This document shows positions 46,831-60,092 of a DNA stretch of 64,000 bases, piece by piece. The DNA is taken from positions 66,340,001 to 66,404,000 of the forward strand of contig OZ024743.1 of the NCBI GenBank assembly GCA_964016885.1. Reading direction: 5' to 3'. A model generated the notes under the pieces. The model worked only from the letters and a program-made list of their open reading frames with translations. It ran no database searches and was not told the origin of the DNA. The position numbers and the translations under genes were made by a program. The stretch comes from Eledone cirrhosa (Eukaryota). The first letter of the stretch is position 1. The number at the start of each line of letters is the position of its first letter.

Positions 46831-47357
46831 TCCCTTTTTATATTTTTGTTCACGGGCCTGAATGAAGAGCCAGCTTAAAAGTACCTCCTCCATTATACGG
46901 TGCTGGCCATGACTGGACCCCGAAACCATTGGTAGAACATACATGTTAAGTGTATGAAAGTTTGTTTACACTACACACACACACACAAATGTATATGTGT
47001 CTATATATAAATAAATAAATATATATATATTATCTAATAATTCTAAGGACATGATTTATGATATATTGCTCTGATTATTTAATTTATTAATTCTTCATAG
47101 AACCAAAAAGCGACCAGTTGCAGCATATATATCTATAACTTTATGTATATGTAAACCTTTATATTTAATAATCTCCCGTTAGGTTGAGATACAATTTCGC
47201 GATATTTGGCTGCGCTTTCTAGCAACAAGCCTACCTGCCGTAAGCAACCAATCACATTCTTTCTAGCTTGACCACAGCCACATTGCGACTCTTAGCCATT
47301 TTTGAATCGAATTTTGGCGCGATCACGTTGGAAAACTAAATGTCTGATTTTGAGTTT

Positions 47358-47434
47358 GTCTCCTGATGAATCCTAACTCAAGACATTCCTATTAATTGGA
47401 TGTCTAAAAATACGGATGAAACCATGGTAGAGAT
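47358..47434 (+). ncRNA. Type I hammerhead ribozyme, unit 1
   Basis: gtctc-CTGATGA-atcc..agacattcc/ggatgtct..ggat-GAAA-ccatg-GTA-gagat; palindrome ACCATGGT. Confidence 0.92.
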
Positions 47435-48012
47435 ATAATTATGGTATGTACACATTTCTTCTAAGTTTAATTTTACACCTAATGTGTATGGTTGATGGTA
47501 TATTTAGTCAGTTTCTACATGCTGTCGAATTGTTGGATAAATAATCTATTGGGGCCACCGCGAAGAGGCCACTTTCGGTTATTTGTCGAAGATTTCTTCA
47601 TAAGAGCCTTTCTTCTTATAGCTTGGTCTAATTGATTTTTTATATGGTTAATTATGCTAATTGGGAGAGGAAATGGTATATATTTTATCTAATAATTCTA
47701 AGGACATGATTTATGATATATTGCTCTGATTATTTAATTTATTAATTCTTCATATAGCCAAAAAGTGACCGGTTGCAGCATATACATCTATAACTTTATG
47801 TATATGTAAACCTTCATATTTAATAATCTCCCGTTAGGTTGAGATACAATTTGGCGATATTTGGCTACGCTTTCTAGCAACAAGCCTACCTGCCGTAAGC
47901 AACCAATCACATTCTTTCTAGCTTGACAACATCCACATTGCGATTCTTAGCCATTTTTGAATCTAATTTTGGCGCGATCACGTTGGAAAACTAAATGTCT
48001 GATTTTGAGTTT

Positions 48013-48089
48013 GTCTCCTGATGAATCCTAACTCAAGACATTCCTATTAATTGGATGTCTAAAAATACGGATGAAACCATGGTAGAGAT
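48013..48089 (+). ncRNA. Type I hammerhead ribozyme, unit 2
   Basis: Identical core and stems, 655 nt downstream. Confidence 0.92.
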
Positions 48090-48402
48090 ATAATTACGGT
48101 ATGTACACATTTCTTCTAAGTTTAATTTTACACCTAATTGTGTATGGTTGATGGTATATTTAGTCAGTTTCTACATACTGTCGAAATGTTGGATAAATAC
48201 TCTATTGGGGCCACCGCGAAGAGGCCACTTTCGGTTATTTGTCGGAGATTTCTTCATAAGAGCCTTTCTTCTTATAGCTTGGTCTAATTGATTTTTTATA
48301 TGGTTAATTATGCTAATTGGGAGAGGAAATGGTATATATTTTATCTAATAATTCTAAGGACATGATTTATGATATATATATATATATACAAATATATATA
48401 TA

Positions 48403-48834
48403 GTATTCAAAATATTAACAAATGAAGGATATTCACAGAATTAAAATATATGCTTTATTATATATATTTCAAAGGTACTGTGTTGTTTTTTCAGTATGTC
48501 TTCATCAGATAAAATACATCATTTGATATATGACATACCGCTACGGTCTTGATTATACAACGCCAATACTGGAATTGTATAATCAAGACCGTAGCGGTAT
48601 GTCATATATCAAATCATATATTTTTATCTGATGAAGACGTCGTGAAAAACAACACAGCACCTTTGAAATATATATAATAAAGCATATATTTTGATTATGT
48701 GAATATCCTTCATTTTTTTTTTATATTTTGAATAATATTAAAAACTCTAGGAACACCTTTTTGTTGAGTGCTTTTAATCTATTGTAAAATTCTATTCATT
48801 GAGTAATCAACGAACCATATTAATCTTTGGTTAT
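48403..48834. mobile_element. Fold-back HHR element; arms 48403-48560 / 48575-48734, tail on the right
   Basis: HHR 48623-48681: tttat-CTGATGA-...-GAAA-tatat-ATA-ataaa. Confidence 0.85.
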
Positions 48835-48841
48835 ATATATA

Positions 48842-50144
48842 GTTAGGAAAGCAGGAAAATGCTTATTGGAATCCAGTTCGTGGTTAAGATAGCCAGTTTC
48901 TTGGAAGGTTTACAACGTACAGTTAGGGGTAACTCCACAAGTTTGCAAGAATCTCGTTAATAAATCTCGTTCAATCTTGGAGTATAAACAATAAAAGAGA
49001 AAACACAGGTAAGCATTAAAAACAGGATTTTATCCAGGTATTTACGACCGTTTCATTGGAAAGCGCAACCTTATATCGCTATACTGCAAATAGCAGCCAC
49101 TCGATAGTAACTGTTATTCACCTCCAAATTTTCAAAATAATGAATAAGTTACTTGTAAAAGGTTCTTAATATATTAAAAAAAAATTTTTTTTGAATCGTA
49201 TTTACTAGTATAGAAAGAGAGGAAGGGGGAGAAGAATTAGGAAGTAGAGGGACAAACGGAGATGAAACATTCCCAGCATCGTTATGTAACTACCCTTGTG
49301 AACAAGACCTGGCAACTGAGGGAAAGTAACCAGCAATACACCCTGAAGTGGAAGAAATTATCGAACGCGCCTGCATATCGGAGTGGTATGAGAAGCTGTC
49401 GGTTATGTGACCTTGAGCTGTTCCACATTTTGAGTTCGAAGAATAAGTTACTCAACAATAAAATCGAAAGATCAATTTATTGCAAACATAGACTTAAAGA
49501 AAAATTTTCGCACTACAAGTGCAAATTGAACCCTTAACCTTCTACTACCACCTGACAAACTGCATATACTTAGACTTTAATTACCCACAGTAACCAATAC
49601 TTATGTCCCTCTCTCCTCCTTTATTCCTTCTTTCTTTTTTCGTTTTCTTCTTTTCTTCTCTCCCTTTTTTGTTCTCTTTTCTTTTCTTCTTTTTCCTCTT
49701 CCTCCTTTTTGATATATATATTTATCTCCCTATCTGCCCCCCTCTCTCTATCTCTCTCTCCCTCTCACTATAAACAACTTAATTCTCGTTAACTCCCTAC
49801 ACTGTAAATTGACGACATCAAGTCTACGAATCAAAACTGATTGAGGAATCCTTCCATCTTTACCCTCCCTGCATCTCCGTTTGTCCCTCTACTTCCTAAT
49901 TCTTCTCCCCCTTCCTCTCTCTATATACTAGTAAATACGATTCCAAAAACATGTTTTTTTTTATATATTACGAACCTTTTACAAGTAACTTATTCATTAT
50001 TTTGAAAATTTGGAGGTGAATAACAGTTATTATCGAATGGCTGCTATTTGCAGTATAGCGATATAAGGTTGCGCTTACCAATGAAACGGTCGTAAATACC
50101 TGGATAAAATCCTTTTTTTAATGCTTATCTGTGTTTTCTGTTTT

Positions 50145-50149
<5 letters not shown>
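48842..50149 (+). mobile_element. Truncated PLE (GIY-YIG C-terminus 49262-49537) with inverted arms ~48988-49264 / 49872-50149 and tail on the left
   Basis: TTLVNKTWQLRE..YTLKW..CRLCDLE..LLNNKIER..CKH; HHR 49998-50098 with TTGAAAA core. Confidence 0.9.
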
Positions 50150-50217
<68 letters not shown>

Positions 50218-50219
<2 letters not shown>

Positions 50220-51103
50220 AGGATAACAAGCACGATTGGTTACTCCTTCATTACATTTATTGGTGGGTGACGCGCGTTTCGCCACTTATCAGCTCAAGGT
50301 TCGATCTGTATCGATCTTACCCGACTCAATAAGCGGCAGCTCGACGGACCTTTTAAAATGGTATAAGAAAATGAATACATGCTATGTGATATGTGTATAT
50401 ATATATACAACGTATTTGTCACTCTAAGAGTGTCTAGATATGAACCTCCCCATGGATTTGACACCACCAACACATCCACCACACCACCACAAACGCCACT
50501 ACCATAAACAACAACACCACAACCACACCCCACACAATAACCAGCCAAAAATATACGCCAACCTGTCCACCGATAACCCACTGCCCACATACCACATCCC
50601 ATCCCAGTCAGCGACCGTCACCACCATCTTATCATCACATCCACCACCACATACACTACAGGCGAAAGTCAATCCGCCACCCCCACACCACAGCCCATCG
50701 CAGCCAGCGATCGTCACCAACATCTTATCATCACATCCACACCCACATACACTACAGGTCAATACATCCCTATGATCTTTTCCACCAATCAAAACAACTC
50801 ATATTGTACAACTTATGAACTTCTGACTTTATCACATACCATGTATTCATTTTCTTATACCATTTTAAAGGGTCTGTCGAGCTGCCGATTATTGAGTCGG
50901 GTAAGATCGATACAGATCGAACCTTGAGCTGATCAGTGGCGAAACGCGCGTCACCTACCAATAAATGTAATGAAGGAGTAACCAATCGTCCTTGTTATCC
51001 TTTCAATATATTACATTCTGTATAGCTCTACACCTCAACACAGAAGTGAACCTAAACATCGAGTGCTCACCCGGGTGGACCTGCAGTAACTCCAAGTTAC
51101 ACT

Positions 51104-51106
<3 letters not shown>
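50218..51106. mobile_element. Fold-back HHR element; arms 50218-50391 / 50830-51004, tail to 51106
   Basis: ggt-CTGTCGA-gctgcc..long stem..ggc-GAAA-cgcgc-GTC-acc; CA-rich spacer; (TA)n on both sides. Confidence 0.85.
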
Positions 51107-51147
<41 letters not shown>

Positions 51148-51675
51148 CGTGTGTGTGCCTGAATGCGTGTGGTGTGTGTCAATATTGATTACTATTGAAG
51201 ACGATCAACAAAAGACAACGGGTTATTGATTCGCGCCAATGTAAACAGAAAAGCACAACTAAATACTCATAATGATTTTATGGTTTGGAAGATAACTTTT
51301 CTCATATTTGTTCTTTCTCTTTTTTTTACTAAAATCTGTTGCATCTGTTTATTTTCACTGCATCATTTAAACTATAACAAACCTATCACCTGGATATTAA
51401 CAGTACAGCGAGATCAATCAAGGCTAAGTAGTATTTGCTGAACCTTTTGTTAAAAGGTCGATCTCGTTACTTCCAGAGGAAGAACTTGAGCTGTCATTTT
51501 TTTGTATATTTTGTTATATGCTTAGTTTTGTTATTACTGTTGTTGTTATTGCTATTGTCGCCGCTGTTGCTGTTAATGATGATGTCGATGAGGATGATGA
51601 TATATGCCTAGCCCCATGTTATCAAAAGCATTTCAGCCGTCACTGGCTTGTCCGTTAGAAAATCGATAACATGGG

Positions 51676-52480
51676 TCTTCTTCTTCTTCTTCTTCTTCTT
51701 CTTCTTCTTCTTCTTCTTCTTCTTCTTCTTCTTCTTCTTCTTCTTCGCCCAGTTATTCCTGAGAGGATCGTGGGAGCAGAATCCTCAAACACTCCTACCA
51801 GCAGGTCCTGTCAGAAGCAACCGTCTCCAATTGATCTGATTGGATCCCCAAGCGGGACCACACAAGCTCATGGATGCTATCCAGCCATCTTGCTCGGGGT
51901 CTACCCCTGGGTCTCTATCCAGTTGATTTTGCTCGAAAATCTGTCCAGCGATTCTTTCCTGAGACATTCAACAACATGCCCATAGTATCGAAGCTGTAAT
52001 CTCTCAATTCGGAGAAGAAGCGGCTCTACCTGGGGTGATTCTCTTATATCCGAGCTACGCACTCTACCGAGTCACGTTACTCCAAAGTTTTTCGGAGGAA
52101 CCACGCTTGTGTTCACGAGCGTATTCGTTCGGTCATTACCTAAGATTCATAGCCATTGGTACGTATATCGAATTGAAAATAGCGAGTTTGGCTTTTATGC
52201 CTACCTCCCTTCTGAAGCTGGGACATTAATGAAACAATCTACTACAATTCTTGCACTTAATTCAGCCTGCTACTTTCCATCCCTAGTGAACACAGCCCCG
52301 AAATAGTTGAACTTCTCCACTTGCTTCAGTGGAACTCCACCCAAATGTAAAGTGCACTGTACAGGCTTTCTTGAGAGGACGAGTGTCTCAGATTTCGCAG
52401 CACTGATTTCTATTCCAACCATGCAGCACTCGGCATCAAACCTATCGAGTACAAGTCGGAGATCACTTTCTCTCGAGAAT
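51676..52480 (-). mobile_element. RTE-clade LINE 3' fragment with (GAA)n tail
   Basis: GIEISAAKSE..LKQVEKFNYFG; MSQERIA; (TTC)n at 51676-51746. Confidence 0.88.
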
Positions 52481-53595
52481 AACATAGGTCATCGATTGAT
52501 TTTTTTATATTATCGATTATATACATGTTTTGTTATACACTTAATCTTGTTATTGTTGCTATTGTTGGAGTAACATCATCAACTACATTGTTTTTATTAG
52601 CCCCAGATTTATCTTTGCCTGAGAAAACACTGTAATCCCAAACACCTCAGCCATGACTGGCTTGTCCATTTTGACTCAATAGCATGGGCCGTCTTGTTAT
52701 ATATTTTTCTATATTGATTCTATTTACGTTTTATCCTATATTTGGTGTTGGTATTGCTGTTTCTGTAGTTGACCACGATGATAATGATTATTTAGTCCCA
52801 AGTTATCATTGGGTCACATATACTATCATGAGAAGAAATTCAGCCGTGGCTAGCTTGTCTGTTTAAGTGTAGCCGGGATTATATTATCAAATATCTACTT
52901 TCCCCTTTCAAACATGGAAGGTGTGATTGCAGGAAATTTTAACAGCTATTCCAAGCTCTTCAAGTTACCACGTAGAGATTTCATTGTTGTCTTGAGTGTT
53001 GTTATTGTTTTGAAAATAATGAATTTCATAGGGGAGGAGGATTTACTCGATGTTAACATTTTAAGTATAGAGATTCTGCTTTTAGCGTGGTGTGTTTCTT
53101 TAGACCTTAACTGGGTAAAAATTCACACTAACTCTTTAGTTACCAACCCGGTAAAAACCAGCTCTGGTTCTATGAAATAAAACCACCTATTTTAAAGGTT
53201 TCCAATTTAAATTACAATCTTCCAGTATAACTTTATATAAGAACCTTACATTAAGATACTATCTTAGTAATGAAAAAATTAATGACTTTAGTAAATCCCT
53301 CGAAGTTCTTCATTAATTAAAATGAGTGTATTTCATTAGAAATGCGGTTCTGAAGGGGATAAAGTTGTACGTCGTATATCCACTGAAAGCCGTATTTTTA
53401 ATAGATAGTATGAGTGCAGAAGAAAGAGGGGGAAATAGGGACAGAGTGAGCAGACAATTACAAATTTGAACATAATTTCCGTCTTCATGGGGGGTTTTTT
53501 CGTCACATGATAACGATATAATCTCTGTTTGTTGTATAGTGCCTTTCTCTTTTCTCTTATATTTCATCAGATCATTGAAAGAACTTCATGAGTTT

Positions 53596-54820
53596 TATAT
53601 CGAATAATCATTGTTTCTACTTTTGGAACAAGGCCAGCAATTACCTAGTACATTACTGGTACTTTATTTTCATCGACCTCGTAAGTATGAAAAGCAAAGT
53701 TAACTTCGGCGGGATTTGAACTCAGACCGTAAGGGACCGTAACTCTTTGTTGCAAAGCATGGCGTCCGACCCTCTACCAATCCATTCGATTCGTTTGCAA
53801 GCAAACAGCTTCATTGCGCTATGTTTTTTAGACGATCATCGCCATCCTTTTGTTCTAGCGGTGACAGAGAAATGTCGATGGTGATAGTCATCTAAAACAT
53901 ATCGTAATGAGGCTGTTTGCTTGCAAACGAATCGAATATCATTAAATCCCGCCGAGGTTAACTTTGCCTTTCATCCTTACGGGGTCGATAAAATAAAGTA
54001 CCAGTAATGCACTGGGTAATTGCTGGCCTTGTGCCAAAAGTAGAAACAATTATTATTCGATATATTGGCAGTATCGGTAGAGGGTCGGACGCCATGCTTT
54101 CCAGCATAGTTACGTCCCTTTACAATCTAAGTTCAAATCCCGCCGAGGTTAACTTTGCCTTTCATCCTTACGGAGCCGATAAGTAATACACTGGGGCGAT
54201 TTAATCGACTTTCCCCTCCCTCCCTCCCTCCCAAATTCTTGGCCTTGTGCCTAAATCAGAAACCATTATTATTCGATATAAAACCCACGAATATAATCAT
54301 GTATCCGCTGTTAGAACGAAACTAATTTTCTCTTTAATAGTTATTTCTTATGTAACATAAGATAGGATCGTTAAGATGTCTGTAGGGTTCCACTTCTAAC
54401 GACTTAATAGATTGCTGTCGAGCTGAAATTGAAACATTAATCCATGAACAAAAAAATGAATGAATGTACGGACCTATAACTGTTGGTGGAATCATAGGAA
54501 AGCCGTCGTAACATAAGGCGTGTTTCCCCAATACGGCACTGGTACTTTTTTATCCACCTCGGCAGGATTTGATCTCAGTACACAAAGGACTGTAACTCTA
54601 TGCTGAAAAGCATGATGTCCGAATCTCTATCAATACTGCCAATCCGCCGCCCTAAACATTTTTTCAATGTGACGGGAGTGGAAAAGTTGATTAAATCGAC
54701 TCCAGTACATAACTGGTACTTAAGCAAACTTAACATTCGGAGGATTTGAACTCAAAGTGCAGAAAGCCAGAACGAATAACGCAATTCAGTGTCTGACGTT
54801 CTAACGGCTCTACTAATTCA
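53596..54820. mobile_element. SINE cluster in both orientations with an internal ~155-bp palindrome (53785-53938)
   Basis: Minus copy 53596-53785, plus copies 53941-54062 and 54066-54278, minus copies 54535-54820. Confidence 0.85.
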
Positions 54821-55224
54821 CTGTCTTGTGTGGGATTTGACAGAACTATAAATTACATTAAAGTCTACCAAAATGTATTTCGTCACCCATCTGTCTCCAA
54901 ACATCTCCAAATTATTATCCCTTGGGAAAAATATTGAAGATGTGTCATAAAGAAAAATCGTGACTGCATTAATATCATAACAATAAATATGGCTATATGT
55001 CACTCAATGTGAATAGTTCTTTGTTGTATGTTGAAATGCTCTTCTTATATTTGCTCTCATTGTTGTTTTTATTTCTACCCAAGTAAATAACAGCCTTCAT
55101 CATGCACACCTACGTTCATAGGCCTTCCAACACTGACTATACTGTTATTTATTTTATATCAAGGATTATATGGTCTAATGGATACTGCTTTATTTAAAGA
55201 CAGTAAAGTGTGATTTGAGACGGT

Positions 55225-55421
55225 GAATTGGCAGAGGAGTTAAGTTGCTTTGTAGTATTCGTCCCAGCTCTCTGCACGCTCTGGTTTCAAAACCCTCCAA
55301 GATCAGCTTTGCTTTCATCTGTTCGAGGTCGACCAAAGCTTACCAGTCGAGTGCTCGTGTCGATTCTTTCTCTCTTCCCCTCTCTCTTACACTCTCTCTG
55401 TCCGTTCTCTTTCTCTCTCTC

Positions 55422-55471
<50 letters not shown>

Positions 55472-55995
55472 AGTTCTTCCCCCCTCTCTCTCTTACGCTC
55501 TCTCTGTCCGTTCCGTTTCTCTCTTTCTGGAAAAGAACGGTTATGTTCAGGACTGGAGAGATGTGGTCGACCAGGTATTAAAGTACCCAAGAGACGCTGT
55601 ATGTCAAGACAGCGCCTCTACCACTACATCAAGTGTTACAGGTCCAAGAAAAGACCATTTTCCATCATGGCTGGCCATAGGATTTGCCCCTAGAAAGTTA
55701 CCCTCCAAAACACAAACCCGGGTAAGGGGATTTTGTGGAGACCCAGCAGTCGCCCATACATACTAGTTTCCCCTCTCCAAGTCACCGATGTTATCCAAGG
55801 GAAAGTCTAAGACTAATAAAGCTTCGCACCAGGTGACATCACAACTAATTCAATTAATTTTTTTCCCATAAAGTCAACTGGAGCCACATGAAATAAAATG
55901 TTTTGTTCAAGGACACATCGCATCGTCCGGTTGTGAGTCAAACCTGCAACCTCATAATTGTTATTGCAACTCTGAAACTACTAAACCAAGTGTTT
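55225..55995. mobile_element. SINE copies (55225-55375 +; ~55600-55995 -, different family)
   Basis: Similarity to the two SINE families above. Confidence 0.55.
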
Positions 55996-56548
55996 TCACA
56001 TAAATACGTGTCCATACAATGTATGATACGAACCGTGATTTCGCTACTTCATTTTCAGGTCAATAACCTGTGTAGATGCAGCATTTTTGTTTCGTTTCTT
56101 GTGTTTTATTTTCAATGTCTTTTTATATTTATTGCATATGCAAATTTTTGTATAAGATGTATATGTTGTAACATTTATTTGTGTGTATATATGAGTATGT
56201 ATGTGTTAACGCACTCTCATTTATACACAAATACACGCATAAAGATTGTACATTTTACACATAAATACGCAAACTGAATAAATTTATATTTCGTTTAATA
56301 CTCACAAGATTAGTCATAGCATAAATATTTATGCACTAATTTCTATGAGAACTAATCTAGGAACAATGTAACAATTTTAAATCTGTATTGATAGTGAAGA
56401 TTATGTAATTTTGTTCGTGGATTATGTCAAATTAAACGAATGTAAAATATTCATCTGAAGTAAAGACCCCGCTTCAAGAATGTGCCAAAGGTGGTTTTTC
56501 AAAAGTTATAATTTTTAAAGAATTGCAAATATGTGCTGGTTTAATGCA

Positions 56549-56589
<41 letters not shown>

Positions 56590-56619
56590 GATTATTATTA
56601 TTATTATTAATAAAAATAA

Positions 56620-57190
56620 TAATCGTTTCTACTTTTGGCACAAGGCCAGCAATTATCCCGGTGTATTACTGGTACTTTATTCTATCGACCCGGCAAGGAT
56701 GAAAGGCAAAGTTAACCTCGGTGGGATTTGAACTCTGAACGTAAAGGGTCGTAACTCTATGCTGCAAAGCATGGCGCCAGTCCCTCTACCGATACTGCCA
56801 ATCCAACGCGCTTCATCGACCCCCATAATAATGAAACGTAAAGCTAACTTCAGCGAGAATTAAACTCATCCTCGGCCTAATAATGATTCTGATTTAGGCA
56901 AAAGGTCAGCAATGTGGGGGAAGGGAAATTCAGTTAAATCGGCTTCAGTGCATTACTGATACTTTATTTTGTCGACCCCGTAAGGATGAAAGGCAAAGCT
57001 AAACCATGGCGGGATTTAAACTCACAACGCAAATGGTTGTACCTATATGCTGCAGAGCCTGTTGTCCGACGCTCTACCGATTCTGCCAATCCACCATCCT
57101 CATTGCCTTACAATGGTTTCTGTTTTAGGCACAAGGCCAGCAATATTGGTGGAGGGAAGTCGATTAAATCGACCCCAGTGCGTTTCTGAT
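56620..57190 (-). mobile_element. Tandem cluster of SINE copies
   Basis: aaggatgaaaggcaaagttaacctcggtgggatttgaactc consensus, three or more copies. Confidence 0.85.
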
Positions 57191-57764
57191 ACATTATTTC
57201 AATGTTATAATCAACAAATGATTAAATTTAATATTTTTTTACTACAAACCGCGTCATTTTTTACGTGTACTATACTAGTAACAATAATGATAACCAGAGG
57301 TGGCAACTGAAATGAAAGTTTAGGCTTTTAGTAAAGTGGAGTAGCGATTTATGTTTTAATCATTTGTTTAAAGAGATTATTTTAACAGTTACTAAAATAT
57401 AAATTTATCTTTTAGATAATATATTGGAAAAATAAACATGATTCATGCAGTTTATTTCATCTTAGCTTAAAATAATTTTAATTGCTTCCTATATTTCTAA
57501 TGGATGAATCAATTAATAATATGCAATGAAACATTATGCAGCATATCATATCATACTATCGCTAATCATATTAGCATTAACAAATCTGTCTCAAAGAGAG
57601 GATATTACAGCAATATCAGAATGTTGTTTTGTTTGTTTTCGTTTTAGTTTTTCAAAGAAACTTGTTATATGAAACAATGGTTGGGAAGCCACTGTAATAT
57701 TTTATCCAACTACGGAAAACCTAAAGGGACTGAATATATTGTCTTTTTTTATTAGATACAGGAG

Positions 57765-58250
57765 TTCAATTCGGTATTCGTGCCAACCCTTTCTTATTGT
57801 CATGAATGGTAATGGCCGAAAGAATACGATCGCGAATACAAGCGAGCAAAATGGGGTTCCTCCGAAAGGTGTTTGGAGTAAGAGTACTCGATAGAGTGCG
57901 TAGCTCAGAGATCAGGGAGTCACTCCAGGTAGAACCGCTACTGCTCCGAAATGGGAAATCACAGCTCCGATACTACGGGCATGTGGTTAGAATGTCTCAG
58001 GAAAGAATCGCTGGAGAGATTTTACGAGCAAAATTAAATGGCAGGAGACCCAGGGGTAGACCCCGAGTAAGATGGTTGGATAACATCCATGAACTTGGCT
58101 GGTCACGCTTTGGGATCTAGCTGCATCTGTTGGAGACGGTTGCTTCTGACAGGACCTGCTGGAGGGAGTGTTTGAGGACTCTGCCCACACGACGCTCTAA
58201 AGAAGAAGAAGAAGAAGAAGAAGAAGAAGAAGAAGAAGAAGAAGAAGAAG
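57765..58250 (+). mobile_element. RTE-clade LINE 3' fragment with (GAA)n tail
   Basis: RIQASKMGFLRKV..QLRYYGHVVRMSQERIA..RPRGRPRVRWLDNI. Confidence 0.9.
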
Positions 58251-58504
58251 AGGAAAGGAAATAATTCGACATGGAGATTAAGCTCCGCCTCAGTCTTGAT
58301 TAAGTGAAAACTCATTGCTTATTCTATTATAAATCTTACCCTACTGTAAATGTGAAACCTTTCAAATGACATTAACATCTTGCATCAAATTTTAACAGTT
58401 TTAACAGACCGTGGAGACCGCATCTCAAACTTCATTCAAATAGGGTATTATTTGTGACACAGTAGGCGGCGAATTGATAGAGTCGTTAGAACATCAGATA
58501 GAAT

Positions 58505-58701
58505 CTTCAGAAGATCCCGTTAAGGGTGAAAGCAGCGATTCTTTGCTTAAACTTTAATTTATTTTAATGAATATTTGCTCTATAGTTTTATATATTATAT
58601 ATATATATATATTATCATTGTCCCCTCTTCGGATTTTAGTCTTTACATTTATCATTATTATTATAAAACAGAGGCAGTACAAACAAAGGTTTATTAGTTT
58701 C

Positions 58702-58703
<2 letters not shown>
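58505..58703 (+). mobile_element. 'CAGAAGA' HHR family, long-end copy
   Basis: cagaagatcccgttaagggtgaaagcagcgattctttgcttaaact plus tail, then (TA)n. Confidence 0.7.
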
Positions 58704-58783
<80 letters not shown>

Positions 58784-58963
58784 ACAGGGAGAAAGAGACA
58801 ATTATTAGGAACAAAAATATATTTTTCTCCTTTTTTATTTCTCTCTCTCTTTTTTCTGGGTTAGAAAATGATTAAAACGAAATGTTTTAACTTGTGTGAA
58901 GTGTTAAGGTATTAGTTGATTTATTTATTATTTAACAATGGCATTTATTTATCTATTTATTAT

Positions 58964-59023
<60 letters not shown>

Positions 59024-59030
<7 letters not shown>

Positions 59031-60014
59031 TACAAATATTAATAAAATAGATGTTCTTTTGATCAATTAGATTTTATTATACATATTTCGGATGTACAAC
59101 AGTACGTCCTCATCAGACAAAATATAATGATACATGACATACCCTGAGATGTTAAATGGTTAAGATTTAATCAAGGTAGTGATTAACCTAAGAGAAGGTT
59201 TAAATACCCTAATAATGAGAAAATACGAAAACGTAATAAATTCAATAGAGAATGTGGGAGTAAGAAAAACGTTGCTTAATGTAACAGTTATAGAGATTTT
59301 AAAATGTATGATACTACAATTTATGTTTATCTGGGAAAACAGTCAATGAGAGCCACTGGAATATGATATATAGAGAGGTAAAGATAAGGGGTAATATATG
59401 TAGAGGGAGATTTTCCGAAAGTTAAACGGTTAAGTTTGAAAATATTTAATTCATGCTATTTTAGGGTGAAGAATCAAGATTTTAGTTGTTTTTTTTAAAT
59501 TGCTGGTTATTTATATTTATTAGTTTTGTAAATTCTATAAGTGTGTTAACATTTCTAAACTTCTGAATTTTATGGCCAGCGAAAAGGAAAGTTTACACTG
59601 TTGAATATTTTCCTAAATGTAAACTTTACCGAAGATAATCATTGTCAACAAATTAGGTATGTAAATCTTATGAAGTACTTATTGTTAGAAATATTTAAAT
59701 AACGATTATGTATATAGATATATATTAATGAGCCAGTATATTTTAGGTAAATGATAACGAAAATAAAAATAAAATAATAGATTGAGGCATGCTAAAGTTA
59801 AATATAATCCTATATATAACAAGGTGTAAATGCATTAATTATTCATAGTTCGTAATAAATAATAATCAAGAAATTTAGAAGTTAACTAAAAATTAAGTAT
59901 AGAAAGATACAGGGAGGTATATATGGATATAAATTAGGTATTATTGATACAGTATACTTTAGGTAAATGATAACGGTTATAATTTTATATAATAAAGTTC
60001 GAACGTGTTATAGT

Positions 60015-60092
<78 letters not shown>

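Larger units (their letters stand above)
47030..48374 (+). repeat. 655-bp tandem unit (2 copies + ~33-bp start of a third), one HHR per unit; retrozyme/pLTR-like
   Basis: Units start at ~47030, 47685 and 48342; TA tracts on both sides; no ORF. Confidence 0.93.
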
